A stretch of 63,169 nt of DNA, filler included, from Octopus bimaculoides (lineage: Eukaryota), in NCBI RefSeq assembly GCF_001194135.2. It is 7 parts of 6 records of this genome, joined end to end, with 100 filler letters (N's around TTAATTAATTAA, not from the genome) between each part and the next. Parts side by side here need not be neighbours in the genome. Positions count along the whole stretch, not along the records: positions 1 to 20,119 come from NC_068982.1; 6 more parts are not named here. One strand, 5' to 3'. This document shows, piece after piece, positions 1 through 12,694 of the stretch. How positions within the stretch are numbered: the first letter of the stretch is position 1; each line of letters starts with the position of its first letter. Made by a program: the position numbers and the translations under genes. The notes below the pieces were generated by a model that did no database searches, was not told the origin of the DNA, and saw only the letters and a program-made list of their open reading frames with translations.

Positions 1-349
1 TATATATATAATTATTTGCTTCACCATAAACCGAAGTTCAGAAAAATAGCAGCTAAAAAAGCTGAGAATCTCACAGATAGCATCACTTGTTACTCACAAA
101 GGCAAAAACAAGAAGAAAAAGAACAATGAAAAACTAACCAATTCAGATGATTAATTATGTTTATAAATATATGAACTTTTTTGGAATAAGTTCTCCACCA
201 ATAATGGTGCTTTCATATCGTTGAGCTTGGTAAAAATTATTAATTATTAATTGATTTATTAATTAATAAATCGATAATTCCTTTACCCTTTTAATTTGTA
301 ATAATTTATATATCTATATATATATATGCCGTTGTGCTTGCGGAAAGTT

Positions 350-528
350 ATTCTCTTTTAGTGCTTTATAATTTAACATACTGACCGGTAAAATTTCCAC
401 TCATTTACTTCTTTAATTTTCTAAAGCTTCAGTTGCGTTTTGCAGCCTTGAATTTAAGAAAAACAAATAATTAAATGGGTGGAAATTTTACTAGGGAATG
501 TGTTAAATTTAAGGCACTAAAAGAGAAT
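350..528. mobile_element. Foldback MITE (~180 bp, ~58-bp imperfect inverted arms)
   Basis: Arm 350-407 (attctcttttagtgctttataatttaacata...gtaaaatttccactcattta) is the approximate reverse complement of 472-528 (taaatgggtggaaattttac...aaggcactaaaagagaat). Confidence 0.75.
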
Positions 529-617
529 GACCCTGCCCAGACACAACAAAATATGGTTTAACACAAGAACCCACATAAGCAATCTTGCAAACCAAATCCA
601 TAAACGAAATATATATG

Positions 618-618
<1 letters not shown>

Positions 619-697
<79 letters not shown>
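619..697. repeat. (AC)n microsatellite
   Basis: Perfect CA run up to a gap; source of the poly-HT/VC ORFs. Confidence 0.98.
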
Positions 698-825
698 NNN
701 NNNNNNNTTATTTATAAAAAATACAAAAATGGGAGAAGAACGCAAAACATTCACACGTAAGTTTATTTTTTTGTATCAACTAACTGTCTGGATGTTTTGC
801 ATTCTTGTCCCATTTTTGTATTATA

Positions 826-867
<42 letters not shown>

Positions 868-1324
868 ACCTAAATTATTAATTGATATTTTATACCGTTA
901 AAGTTTTTTTATACATTCTAAATCACTGATATTATCGTGAATAATAATATCCACATATAAATCTAAATATATATACATATCACCTCATCAAATTTATATT
1001 ATTACCATTTGTTTCTATAACTGTTTCCAATTTCTTATTGTTCTTTTGATGTTTTATTTGTTTTATCCCGAAGATTGTGATTATACTGGAGCAACATCTA
1101 TTCTTCAACACCTCTAAACTTTTAGTGAATAAGGAACATTGATGAGGGAGGGTGACTCTATATCCCAGTTAAATTTTCGATATTCCGTTTACGATTGTTG
1201 TTTTATTTTTTTTTCATTTGCAAAGTATTATCGTCATAAATACGTGTCATTTTACCTTGTTTTTGTTAGACATATTTTCCGCCTTCTACTTCGTAAGTTC
1301 TATGATAACGCATTAATAACAGCG

Positions 1325-1991
1325 TCAAGCGTATATAATTCATGTTATGTCCAGAAGTATATAATACGTTTATTCAATTTATTTCTATTTCTTTCGGAAA
1401 AGTCATCTGTTAACGAAAATATGCTAAGTTAGCAGATATGAAGAAGCTGCATGATATATTAAGAAGAATAATTTCAAGAAAAAATCAAATCATTCAATGA
1501 ATCAACGCCATTGGAATATTTACATTTAATATATTTTGGATTAAATTTAAACTGATATGAAAACAAAATTTTAATTGAAATAGAAAGAGAAGATATAATA
1601 AAAGATTAGATTCATGCCAGGCATTTAGTTTTGTTATCATGTTTTACAATTTTATCGCTTAAATTTCAGAATTGAAACCTTATTAATATGTGATGATTAT
1701 TTCCAATTTTCTCTATTTTATTACCGAGGTAACGTACACTTATTTTCTTACAGCTAAAGTAAAATTAAAATCTAAACATAAGGAATCGCAATACGGATAT
1801 CGACATTTTGATGAGATATGTAAAACAATATTTAAATTACTTTTAGAATATTAAATTTATTTCGTGATAACAATACATACTCGCTACTAGAACATATGCG
1901 AATATATACACATAATTATATACGTATATACATATGTATAAATATACGTCCATAAAAATACACTTTATACATACACACACACATGCATACA

Positions 1992-2025
<34 letters not shown>

Positions 2026-3055
2026 AGAATAACTTCGAAATTTATAGGTTGTATTAATTCAACACAACATATGTTGCTGCAAACCGTACGTTCATTATGT
2101 AAGTCTTTTCTATATCCATTATATATTTAGAACGGTCTTGATATTTGTGGATTTGAAATTTTCTCAACTCCATTTCAACGATTCAACGTAAGTTCTTTCT
2201 CAAGTATTGATTTTTGTATCTGTCAGTCAGATCTACCGACTTTAAGGACATTTATTACTTTATACTAATTAAATTCCTCTATATTCAATTATTGGACCTT
2301 TCTTGCGACATGTCACCGATAAACAAACGAACAAAGAAACTCCCTAAAAATGATATTCTCTACCTAATTCTTATGTCATTCTGATTTGAAATAATTGGAT
2401 TGATCTTTCGTTTTGTTATTGTTTTGTGTATTCCCGCATGAAACACACCCACCAGATGATGGGGAGGTATGATATTCTTGGTAGTCTTTTTTTGGTTCCT
2501 TTGTTTATCTGTGACTCGTCGCAAGAAACGTCCGTCAATATAACCGAAGAATTTAATAACTGTGAATTAATAAATGTCCGCAAAACTCTTTGAGGCTTAT
2601 AGAAAATTCGATCCTCTTATCTCAATTTCTCCATTTTCGTTGTCCCTTACACTAAGTGGTTTATTTCCTTGATTGGGACTTTGTAACAAAAATAAAATAC
2701 AATTAAGAAAGGCAAGAAAATCCTAGAAACGTTTAATAATTCAAATCCAACGAGAATGAAGTATAACCTAGAACAAAGAAACCACACGTTAAGCAAGATT
2801 CCCAGAAAACGAGCACATAAAACATAAACCCATGATCAGCGGCCTTATCTGTATCATATGAATATTTACACACCATTTTGCCTAGTCTTCTATATAAGAA
2901 TCTTCTGTATAACAATCTTGCGCTGCAAGATATTTAAGAAGTATTTGCTACCTTAGCATATTTTTGTTAACAGATGACTTTTTCGAAAGAAATAGGAATA
3001 AATTGAATAAACGTATTATATACTTCTGGACATAACATGAATTATATACGCTTGA
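1325..3055. mobile_element. 1.73-kb segment bounded by ~114-bp near-identical inverted repeats (non-autonomous long-TIR element or inverted duplication)
   Basis: 1325-1438 (tcaagcgtatataattcatgttatgtccagaag...atgctaagttagcagata) matches the reverse complement of 2942-3055 with about 5 differences. No TSD found. Confidence 0.7.
2294..2533. mobile_element. MITE (~240 bp, ~40-bp imperfect TIRs)
   Basis: ggacctttcttgcgacatgtcaccgataaacaaacgaa at 2294 vs ttcctttgtttatctgtgactcgtcgcaagaaacgtcc ending at 2533. Confidence 0.7.
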
Positions 3056-3099
3056 AGAAAGCGTCGAATTTCAACTAGTTGAAATACGACGCTTTCTTC
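3054..3099. repeat. 46-bp palindrome with one A-A mismatch
   Basis: GAAGAAAGCGTCGAATTTCAACTAGTTGAAATACGACGCTTTCTTC. Confidence 0.95.
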
Positions 3100-3504
3100 C
3101 ATACATTTAAATTACTCTAGGGCATGCAAACATGACTTGACAAATGCTGTAAAGAAATTCGTCCCTCAATGAGTCTCTGTTCTGCTTCATAATTTTGTGT
3201 GTATGAGTACAATATTTACTTTTTTTTCTGTAATGCATATTTGTAAGTGCGTTTATATGTATGTGTCACGTCTGTCGGTAACGTGAATGTGTGGACGATT
3301 GAGTGTTGATACTCCCAAATTGCATTCATCAAACCTTATCTTGCACATACACATGTAAGATGTGTATGAGATAATGAGTGCGTGTGTGTATGTGTGTGTG
3401 AATATATTTATTATATGCATGTATGTGTGAGTGGTTGATATGTATATTGAGTTGATATGTATATTGCGCATGTTTACATATACATATCTGTGCGTGCGTG
3501 TGCA

Positions 3505-3573
<69 letters not shown>

Positions 3574-3711
3574 GGGGAGAGAAAGAAGTATTTTAATCTG
3601 TTAGTATTTTGCCACTACAAATACATATAAAACACAATCCCATATAAAGCATTTCAAATTTCTAAACTAGAATCAAATATAAATGCATGTTTTATTTAGT
3701 ATTTGTAAACG

Positions 3712-4125
3712 CATGAGTAGCTGTGTAGAAAGTAGCTAGCTTACCAGCCACATGGTCCCGGGTTCAGTCCCAATGCGTGGCACCTTGGGCAAGTGTCTTC
3801 TACTATAGCCTCGGGCCGCCCAAAGCCTTGTGAGTGGATTTGGTTGACGGAAACTGAAAGAAGCCCGTCGTATATATGTATATATGTATAAATATATGTG
3901 TGTGTGATTGTGTGTGTTTGTCCCGCCCCCCGAACATCTCTTGACAACCGATGCTGGTGTGTTTACGTCCACGTAACTTAGTGGTTCGACAAAAGAGACC
4001 TATAGAATAAGTACTAGGCTTACAACGAATTAGTCCTAGATTCGATTTGCTCGACTAAAGGTGGCACTCCATCATGGCCACAGTCAAATGACTGAAAGAA
4101 GTAAAAGTGCAAAAGAGTAAACATA
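3712..4125 (+). mobile_element. tRNA-derived SINE, family A (octopus OK/OR-like)
   Basis: B-box-like ggttcagtccc, body caccttgggcaagtgtcttctactatagcc...gtgagtggatttgg, internal (TA)/(TG) tract; at least 10 further copies in the window. Confidence 0.85.
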
Positions 4126-4345
4126 GTAAGCACATAATATTAAACAAGACATAGTTAATGTGGCCTCCGGTTCCTTTAATTTTTGTAGATGTTTAGAATC
4201 ATATATATGTAGAATTGATTGTTGTCATAAACACATCGGATTATCATTGAATATACAAAAGAATATGTAGAATCAAAATATTCATGAGACAGTACATGCC
4301 ATTCGTTTCATGGAATCATGAAATTAGAAGTGCATATTTTTACAA

Positions 4346-5440
4346 ATACAATGCTCGGCTGAGAAATTCCTAGGCTAACAAATGGAACATGACTAAATGA
4401 GTTTTTTTTTTCTTTTTTCCTACATAGTCCCCCCTTGCGCTTTACTCTTCCATCGGCGTTCTCGTTCTCTTGGTTAAAAAGGGTCACCAACAGAAGATAT
4501 CTCGTCATCATCCTTGTGATACCAGTTTCCAGCCAAGTGATTTTTTGTTTCCTTTTTTTTCATATAAGAGAACAGATGTAGAGAGATGCGAACAAAACAA
4601 GTTCGAATCCACAGGCAACTATTAAAACCTAAATCTCATTTGCTGGAGTATTTTCCTGATGAAACAGGACGCCTTTCGAAAATTTTCCGAATCGTTTCCT
4701 CATGATAGCCTTTTGTACCTGCCTCAGCATATTAGCATAGTACAGTCTACTGATGGTGTGACCTTCGAAACTTGTCAATAAAAACACAATGTCATTTACA
4801 CCCCAAAAAGACTGAGGCCGTCACCTTCCCGGCACTTGGAAATACCTTGGCCTTGTTGGAGCAGGTGAGGAATAGTGTTTCCATTACATGAATTGTCTCC
4901 TTACTAGGGGCCAATGATGGCACCAACACTCATGCTTAAGAAACGTTCACGGAAACAAGCTGGATCTTCCACAGTGTCAGGTTTTCACCTCATGAAATCA
5001 ACCTGGTGGGCTTTTGACCAGGTGTTAGATGACGTGGCACTTATCTAGCAGAAACGTTCGTCATACCAAGTTTATTGTGCAGAATATTCTCAATTCTTTC
5101 ACGTCCTATGCTAATTGTACTGAATACTTGATTTATAGTCAATCGCCTATCATCCATCAATAAGTGGTGAACAGTATATACTTTGTTGTTAATGATGGCA
5201 GTTGCAAGATGTTCAGACGTTGGGGCATCTTCAACACTCTCCTCTCCCCTCTTAAATCGTGCTATCCATATTTTTACTGGAAATAAAGCTGGAGTGCCAC
5301 CCCCTAAGGTAGTAACCATGCCAACATAAATGTCCTTTGGTGCTAAACTCTTTTTCTTCAGGTATGTGATAACAACACGATGCCAAATGTTGTCCATGTT
5401 GAAGAGAAATCACTACTAATTACATTTGAAGTCTTCTTTG
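4346..5440 (-). mobile_element. Degenerate, near full-length mariner transposon
   Basis: ORF 5397-5041 is a mariner N-terminal HTH region (FKRGEESVED...DRRLTINQV); later frames give VPRHLT (WVPHxL), HQENTPA (HxDNA) and GDYVGK (C-terminal GDYVEK); TIR-like tacaatgctcggctgagaaattcctaggcta at 4346. Confidence 0.9.
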
Positions 5441-5519
5441 AAAAGTCAGATGCAAATTTAAGTGGAGAGAAACAATTAAGCTTCTAATAAGATGGGTTGA
5501 AATTAATACATGGTGAAAC

Positions 5520-6653
5520 ATACCAGCATGTTTGAAAATACGAATTGTAAGGACAAGCAAATCATGTAGGCTCAATCTTACGAAAGCCTTCTGAAAGTGC
5601 GGATCTCCCGCTGCTCATTGATACTTCAAAATCTATAGATTCTGGTGACTCAAATATACGTAACTTAACCTACACTTAGAGCAACACCCTAATTGATTCT
5701 TTGTCACACTTTCTAGCACCACACTACTCACAATTTTTCAACTTGCAACCTATGAATACAATTTATCAGATTCGTAATCATTATTACGATCATAAACGCC
5801 ATAATCAGCCATTACATTCAGCCATCTTTTTTCTGTATATTCTATCTGCAATACTTGTATTCATTTTATTTTCTTTATTTTATTTTATGTTTTCCTGTGT
5901 GTTTTTCACCCTCATGTGCTCCATTTATTCCATCAGCGTTTTTGCAATTTTATTTCGTTATCCTTTATAGCTTCTGGTATTTTTTTTCTATAATTTTCTT
6001 TCTTTTTCAACAAATTCCATTTCTCTATATCACTTTCTGGTTCTCTTGACTTCCACTCATATTGCTCCATCTTTTGCAACCTTATTTCTGCCAAAGTTTT
6101 GTATTTGCACTGTTATGTTTTGAATTTTCATTATTATCATTTCTTTTTTTTTTCTTTACTAGTGATACTTCTTTTCCCTCTACATTTCTCTGATACTCAC
6201 GAGGGTTTATATGAAAGAAAGCAACGTAGTTTTATTTTGACCACTTTATAGCAGACATTTCTGTTCTGTAGCCGTTCGGCTGCATCGTCATTTTTGCGAA
6301 TAATTTGAATTGAAGCATGGTACAATTCACTAATGGCAGCCATTTCAATATTACTACCGAATGTTCCATTCTTACACATGTATGTATGTTATTCCTGCTT
6401 TGTGCCGTTAGATTAAGAGATGGAAAATGCATTCAATTATTGCATATATGCTGTGTGGCTCCACGAAGTGATGGAAATTTCTGCTGTTATTGAGCAGGAA
6501 TGACAGTTTTAAGCAATTACCATCGCCTGCATCTTGTACCAATTTCTTAATTAAAAAGTTGTCTTCTTAGCTTCGTGATAAATGATTGGCTAAAAGTGTT
6601 GATTCTCAATGAATAGAATCATGTTTGTCACTTTCGTCACTGAATTTAGACAT
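5520..6653 (-). mobile_element. Helitron RepHel N-terminal remnant with an OTU cysteine-protease domain (pseudogenised)
   Basis: Minus strand from ATG 6653: FLIKKLVQDAGDGNCL (6527-6513), MCKNGTFGSNIEMAAISELY (OTU helix), CE*CGARKCDKES..GCCS (5735-5676) and YNSYFQ (~5545), in RepHel order, with stops and frameshifts. Confidence 0.75.
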
Positions 6654-7553
6654 CTTTGTAGGGAGTACAGGGATAATAATATCAACAAGTAAAAGTGATA
6701 TGACTATTTAAAGGTATCGTCTGCTTATAAATGGAAAGTGGAACACTTCAGTTGATAGCGGATAATTTTAGTTGAAAGTGTGTCTGTGAAATATATGTGA
6801 GAGTAAGAGAAGCGCAAGGAGAAAGGAGTGAAAGGTTCATATGAAAGACAAAGAGTGTGAGGCGGGGAAAGATAAAGTATGATAGAAACACTCAAAACAG
6901 GAAAATACAAAGTAATATGAACAATAGGGAGAAAGAGGAGGAGACAGGCAGACAAAGAGAGTGGGGGAAAAGTCGTTAAATTGTGTACGTTATGCTACTT
7001 ACAAATATTTGTACACACACACACACACACGCACGTATTTCTCCGTGTAATATCATAAGATGTGAATTTACATGCTGGTAATCCTACAACATGAAAGAGT
7101 CGGTATAGGGGCTGAAGATATATCCAGTTGTAGATGCCCTGTCTGATCTCTTTTTTAAAAATTTCTTATGCAACATGTTTTTCTGATCCTATAAGATAGA
7201 ATCATGTGGCAAGGAATGAGAATCGGGTGTTATGTTTAGCTGAAGAAACGTCAAAAGATGAAATTTTTATACTTACAAACATAATCTATATATATATATA
7301 TATGTGGGAGAATTTATATATATATATATGTACAATTCATGGTATATTTCATTGACAAAGGCAAAGTATAATTTTATACAGAGCCGGAAACCCAGGGGCA
7401 GAAATTACCCAATTTTTATGGTTTTATTTGTCTTTTTCACCTTTCACCTTCTGCTGTATTGAATACTTGATGTGGTTTTAGAGTCAGATTTTGACTGCTA
7501 TTTCAAGTATGGTGGTATCTCATATATACATATTATTGTATATTGTAAATATG

Positions 7554-7792
7554 CAATAATCCCTCGCCATATCACGGTTTAACTATCGCGTTTATTATTT
7601 AAACTTACGTCTATTTCACTGTGGTGCTATTTTGAATTTATAAAACAATAAATATATAGAAATTATGAATATAATAAAACGAAAGTATACAATGCAGTGC
7701 AAATTCTACTTCGCGGATTTTGACCCATCGCGTAGAGTTTTGGAATGTAACATTTTGAAATGTAACACCCAAAATAGTCGAGGAATACGAAA
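7554..7792. mobile_element. pogo/Tigger-like MITE
   Basis: Ends caataatccctcg...cgaggaatac; homologous to 10343-10574. Confidence 0.7.
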
Positions 7793-7892
7793 GATTACAT
7801 CATTGTCGGAATTACGCAAGAATGAAAATAACACTGATATCTCAATTTTTACCAAAATTACATAACATATACTGAAATACTAAAGAGTAAAT

Positions 7893-8370
7893 TCATTCAT
7901 TAAAAATTGCTACTGGCTTCCACTACGGCCTCCAGACGACTTCGGAATCTCCTGCAACTCTTCTGGCCGGTCTCCTTGTCTAAGTTGGTGAATGCTGTCA
8001 TATCCTTGCCTTCAGTTTATTTTTAGTGTTAGAGAAAGTTTCTTTGGTCTCTCCCTCAACTGCGCCACACTGATAATAATCAAACAGGTTGCAGTCTGAG
8101 GAGTGAGGTGACCAGATGTTAGGGGTGATGTGGTCACAGAAATTGTCTGACAACTATGACTGGGTTCTCCTGCTTGTGTGGCATGGTGTAGAGTCTTGTT
8201 GCCAGACATAGGATCTTCCAGCAACCACCCACTTCACGCAGGGCAACACTAACTTCTCCAGGCACTTAATGTAGGCCTCCATGTTGTGAGCCCGTGTGAG
8301 AAGATGAATGAAGCCATAACGTCACCATTACTGGTGATCACTCCAAACACCATCATCTTGACTAGATGTT
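7893..8370 (-). mobile_element. Tc1/mariner maT (DD37D)-type transposase C-terminal fragment
   Basis: MMVFGVITSNGDVM...YVWQQDSTPCHTSRRTQ...IWSPHSSDCNLFDYY...RLEAVVEA, with stops and frameshifts. Confidence 0.85.
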
Positions 8371-8596
8371 TTATTTTTATAACTCTCGGTACATACATAC
8401 ATATATACGCACTTGTGTGGGTATATATATATGTTAGTTGTAGTGGTTATGTCTGTGTCATGAAGTGAAGAAAGTGTCTATCTGAACGACATTTGTTCTA
8501 AAGCTACACGCACTCTACGCACCATTTCCTCAGAAGAAGCCTCCACCTCAGACCTTTGCTACATTTCAATTTTATGAATTGCATATTGATATGTGT

Positions 8597-8860
8597 GGAG
8601 GTGCGTGGCTTAGTTGTTAGGGTGTCAGCATCATGATCGTAAGATTGTGGTTTCGATTCCTGGACCAGGCGACGCGTTGTGTTCTTGAACAAAACACTTC
8701 ATTTCACATTGCTGCTGTCCACTCAGATGGCAAAAATGAGTAACGCTGCGATGGACTGGCGTCCCGTCCAGCTGGGGAACACATACGCCATTAAAACCGG
8801 GAAACCGGGCCCATGACCCTGGCTAAGCTTCAAAAGGGCGGATTTATTTATTTATTTATT
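8597..8860 (+). mobile_element. tRNA-derived SINE, family C
   Basis: A box tggcttagttgtta, B box ggtttcgattcc, body gcgttgtgttcttgaacaaaacacttc, (ttta)n tail; homologues at 46071, 52382 and 42130. Confidence 0.85.
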
Positions 8861-10006
8861 TGTTATATTGATATAGTTCAATTCGACATCTTTCAGTTGT
8901 ATGCTAAATATACTTCACTCGTTCTTTGATTCTGTCTATCCAAGTAAAGTTTTCTCCGATACATATTCTCGTAGCAGTTACAAAAGTAAATATTGTATGA
9001 TAAATTGCTTACAATATTGTTTCATCGTTAATATTTTTTTCCAACTGATGTACAAATAATACTCTTAAATATAGTCGGCAGGCGTATAAATATGTATTTA
9101 GATAAAATGATTTCCTTTAATTATCTTCAAAGATTAATATGAATTAGGATATTAATTCAATTGGTTTTCAAACCTTTTTTTTTCTTTTAATCCGTGTCAT
9201 TCTACAAATCTATATTTGAAAAATAACGTCGAAAGCTCCACAGATGTTGACATTTTTGTATAAAAGCGATTCATATGTTTGCTGTATACTCACGTGACTA
9301 CAGGGAAAAATGACCACATTTTATATTTAAAAGCGTGGAATATGATATATTCATTGTTTATTTACTTATGAAAACATCACGTTACTACTGGGAACAACAA
9401 CAGTTTCTATTGATATTGTACAAATGTCTGCAAGATAAACATGTACATTGGTGAATAACATCGCTCTGTTACCACTATTTGTATTGTAGTGTCATATTGA
9501 TTAAAATAATTCATAAGATTTAACAATCTGAATATGAAAACCAATTAAGAGCCTAACCATAAATACACAATGGGCATATTTAATATGGCATTAATCATTG
9601 TTTAATTAAAATATTGGGACATGAAATTTTACAACGGAGAGTTAATGGTTTAATGTTTGAGAATATTATTGCTTGATGTAATGCTAATACCATCAATCCA
9701 CATGAATTAAAGATGAATTTATTATACTGACAAGCTACATTTACGAGTAACCATTCATAAAATTACTGAGCATGGTAATTTTTCCCTTGTATACACAATT
9801 TCCTTACTCTCTTCCGCTATACCTCTACCATATTCTTGCAATCAATTCACTTTTCTCCCGAAGTATACTGTTATGCAAACAAAGTTATCTGAATCGTAAA
9901 ATTTAGTGCGTAGGATTCAATGTAGAAACATGTAATCTAAATACCAATGATGGCCTTGACCGTGCCGACCCATAAGAATAAACAGACAAGCATAATCCCT
10001 GTACAT

Positions 10007-10095
<89 letters not shown>
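10007..10095. repeat. (AC)n microsatellite
   Basis: Long CA run. Confidence 0.98.
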
Positions 10096-10098
<3 letters not shown>

Positions 10099-10342
10099 GC
10101 AAACACACACATCTATCAATACTTTTCCCTTTCGTTTTGTCTTTCATCTTGGTTTTGCTTCCTCATTACTCTTTCTCTCTGTCTCTCTTTCCACCATTTC
10201 TCTCTAACTATACCCACACAGACACACACATACACACGCACACACACACACACACACACAAACCACACACAAACGCACGCCCCACCCCACCCCAACAATC
10301 TTACTCTGTACACAAACGCAAACAACATATTTATTGATAATA

Positions 10343-10574
10343 TATGAATCCCTCGCCATATCGCGATTCAACTATTGCGGTTCACCTATTGCGATTTATT
10401 ATTGAAACTTATGTCGATACCTCGTGGCGTTGTTTTCTATCTATGATAAAATAAATATATACAAATTAGAGAAATAATTAAATATATATATATAATACTG
10501 TTTCTATTTTGCGGATTTTCATTATCACGGAGTGTTTTGGAATGTAACACCCGCGATAGTCGAGGGATGAATGT
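10343..10574. mobile_element. pogo/Tigger-like MITE, second copy
   Basis: atccctcgccatatcgcg...cgcgatagtcgagggat; homologous to 7554-7792. Confidence 0.75.
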
Positions 10575-10589
10575 ACTATGTATTTATAT

Positions 10590-10760
10590 ATATGGCTGAA
10601 TGGATAACATGTTCGCTTTCTCACTACGTGGTTTCGGGTTCAGACCCAAGCAGAGCACCTTCTGCAAGTGTCTTCATCTATAGCCACAGACCAACCAAAA
10701 TATAGTGTGTGAATGAAGTCGACGAAAATTGTGTGGAAGCCTTTCGTATATGCACGCATG
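10590..10760 (+). mobile_element. SINE family A, 5' part
   Basis: gggttcagaccc...gcaagtgtcttcatctatagcc. Confidence 0.7.
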
Positions 10761-11094
10761 TGTGCGTGCTTGTTTATGTATACGCAAGTGTTTGTGTGTG
10801 CGTGTGTGTGTGTGTGTGTAATTGCTCATCGTTTTGTTGTGGCCTTTTAAAAAAATCTCCTTTTTAAAGAAGTTAATAAAATTTCGTCTCTCTTCAAATT
10901 TCTCAATGAATTTTTTTGATGGTGTTAAATATGGCACTTGGGTTTGGACTTTATTCATTTATCTCAAATCTGTTTTGTTATGTTTTTTTTTTCGTGATGA
11001 ACTGAGACATTTTAATCCTGCTTACAAAGTCATAAAATATATTTCTTTGACCTCTACCTAATATCAGTTTGATGTTGTCGCACAAGGCCAGCAA

Positions 11095-11320
11095 TTCCGA
11101 GATGTTTATGTGTGTGTGTGATGGTGGTGGTGGTGGGAGTAAATTGATAATATCGACACCATTGCTCAACTGGTACTCGTTTTATCGGCCCCGAAAGGAT
11201 AAAACAGTTAAGTCAGCGTTGGTGGTATTTGAGTACAGAATGTAAAGACGGCTGAAATACTGCTATGCATTTCCAGCGCCGTGGTTTCGATTCTCCCAGC
11301 TCACCGCCTTTGACGTGAAC
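11095..11320 (-). mobile_element. tRNA-derived SINE, family B
   Basis: Reverse strand ggcggtgagctgggagaatc...cctttcggggccgataaaacgagtaccag; homologous to 45608 and 56168. Confidence 0.75.
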
Positions 11321-11462
11321 CTAATATCGAGAACTGTATTGGTATTTTCTCTTTGAGTACTTAGTATATATCTTTTTTTCTCTTCTAATGATATATTCTT
11401 TCTTGTCTATCTGAAACAGACTGATGTACATATACATGCAAACATACTAGCTATCTGTACTT

Positions 11463-11501
<39 letters not shown>

Positions 11502-11568
11502 NNNNNNNNNNNNNNNNNNNNNNNNNNNNNNNNNNNNNNNNNNNNNNNNNNNNNNNNNNNNNNNNNNN

Positions 11569-11605
<37 letters not shown>

Positions 11606-11749
11606 TCGTTATGCAGAGTTTACCCACCTCCTGTACCTATATATTCTAAACGCATGAGAAGACATGATTAAAACAAAACATAGAATATGCACGTATACAT
11701 ACATGCATGCATACATACATACATGCATACATACATACAAATACACTCT

Positions 11750-11975
11750 GCTGTTGAAGCTGAAATTTCAATGAGTCTTGGATGTAGATTACAAAACGGT
11801 CCTATCAATATTGGCAAGAAATCTTGAAATAAAACTGAATTATGATTACATACACACATACATACAAACAAAAATAACCTGCTGTCGATGTTGAAATTCC
11901 AATGAAGGATCTTTGAATCTAGGTCAGAAGCGGGCTCTTTTTCTATTGACAAGAAATCTTGAAATAAAATATGTA
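11750..11975 (-). repeat. Unclassified interspersed repeat, two tandem sub-copies
   Basis: Reverse strand ttcaagatttcttg(c/t)caatagaaaaagagcc...aatttcaacatc; homologous to 52205-52370. Confidence 0.55.
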
Positions 11976-12635
11976 TAACATACAGACATACACAGGTGTG
12001 TGAATGTATGTATGTATTTATGTATGTTTGTAGGAATGTAAGTATGTATGTTTGCATATGTGTGTATATTGCTGTTAAAATTGTATCTTACTCCTTTATA
12101 GTAATGTCAATATAAACATAAATGTTTATTTACACAATTAAACCTTAAATATGATTGATAATCACTTGTGATTCAGAATTAACTTACGATTGTATTCATG
12201 ACATCGAAAGGGCAGGATTGTACACCATGACACTTGTTAACCTTCGCAACAAAAGTTTTAACAAATATTATCTATCTAAGTAAGTCTTTCTATGGAAATG
12301 TATTCATATCATGAATTAAAGATGAAATTGGCGTACTGTAGAAATGTCTATGTCTGAAAGATTAAAAAATGTGACAATTGTATTCTTTCAACTAAAGATT
12401 GTTACTACTGAGAGCTTCTGTTGACTTTTAATATTTTCATTCATTGGTAGTGGCCATGCTAAAGCACCAATTTGAGCTGTTCAACTGAATAAATGAAACC
12501 TAGCACTTATTTTTTTCTAATCCTCACAGTTAGTCTAATAGGCTCTAGCTTAAACAGTTAAGTCGGCAAGCGGATGCGGTGGTGAGTCAGATGTACATAC
12601 ACATATATTTACCTATCCAGCTACACACACTCGCA

Positions 12636-12694
<59 letters not shown>

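Noticed and set aside
4750-4780. CTGATGG..GAAACTTGTC hammerhead look-alike
   Set aside because: It is the antisense of the mariner coding region (FIDK..GHTIS), has G at position 9 and lacks stems.
12177-12279. Open exon candidate (LTYDCIHDIERAGLYTMTL...) with a GTAAGT donor
   Set aside because: An equally plausible candidate exists on the opposite strand and there are no partner exons; not distinguishable from chance without RNA data.
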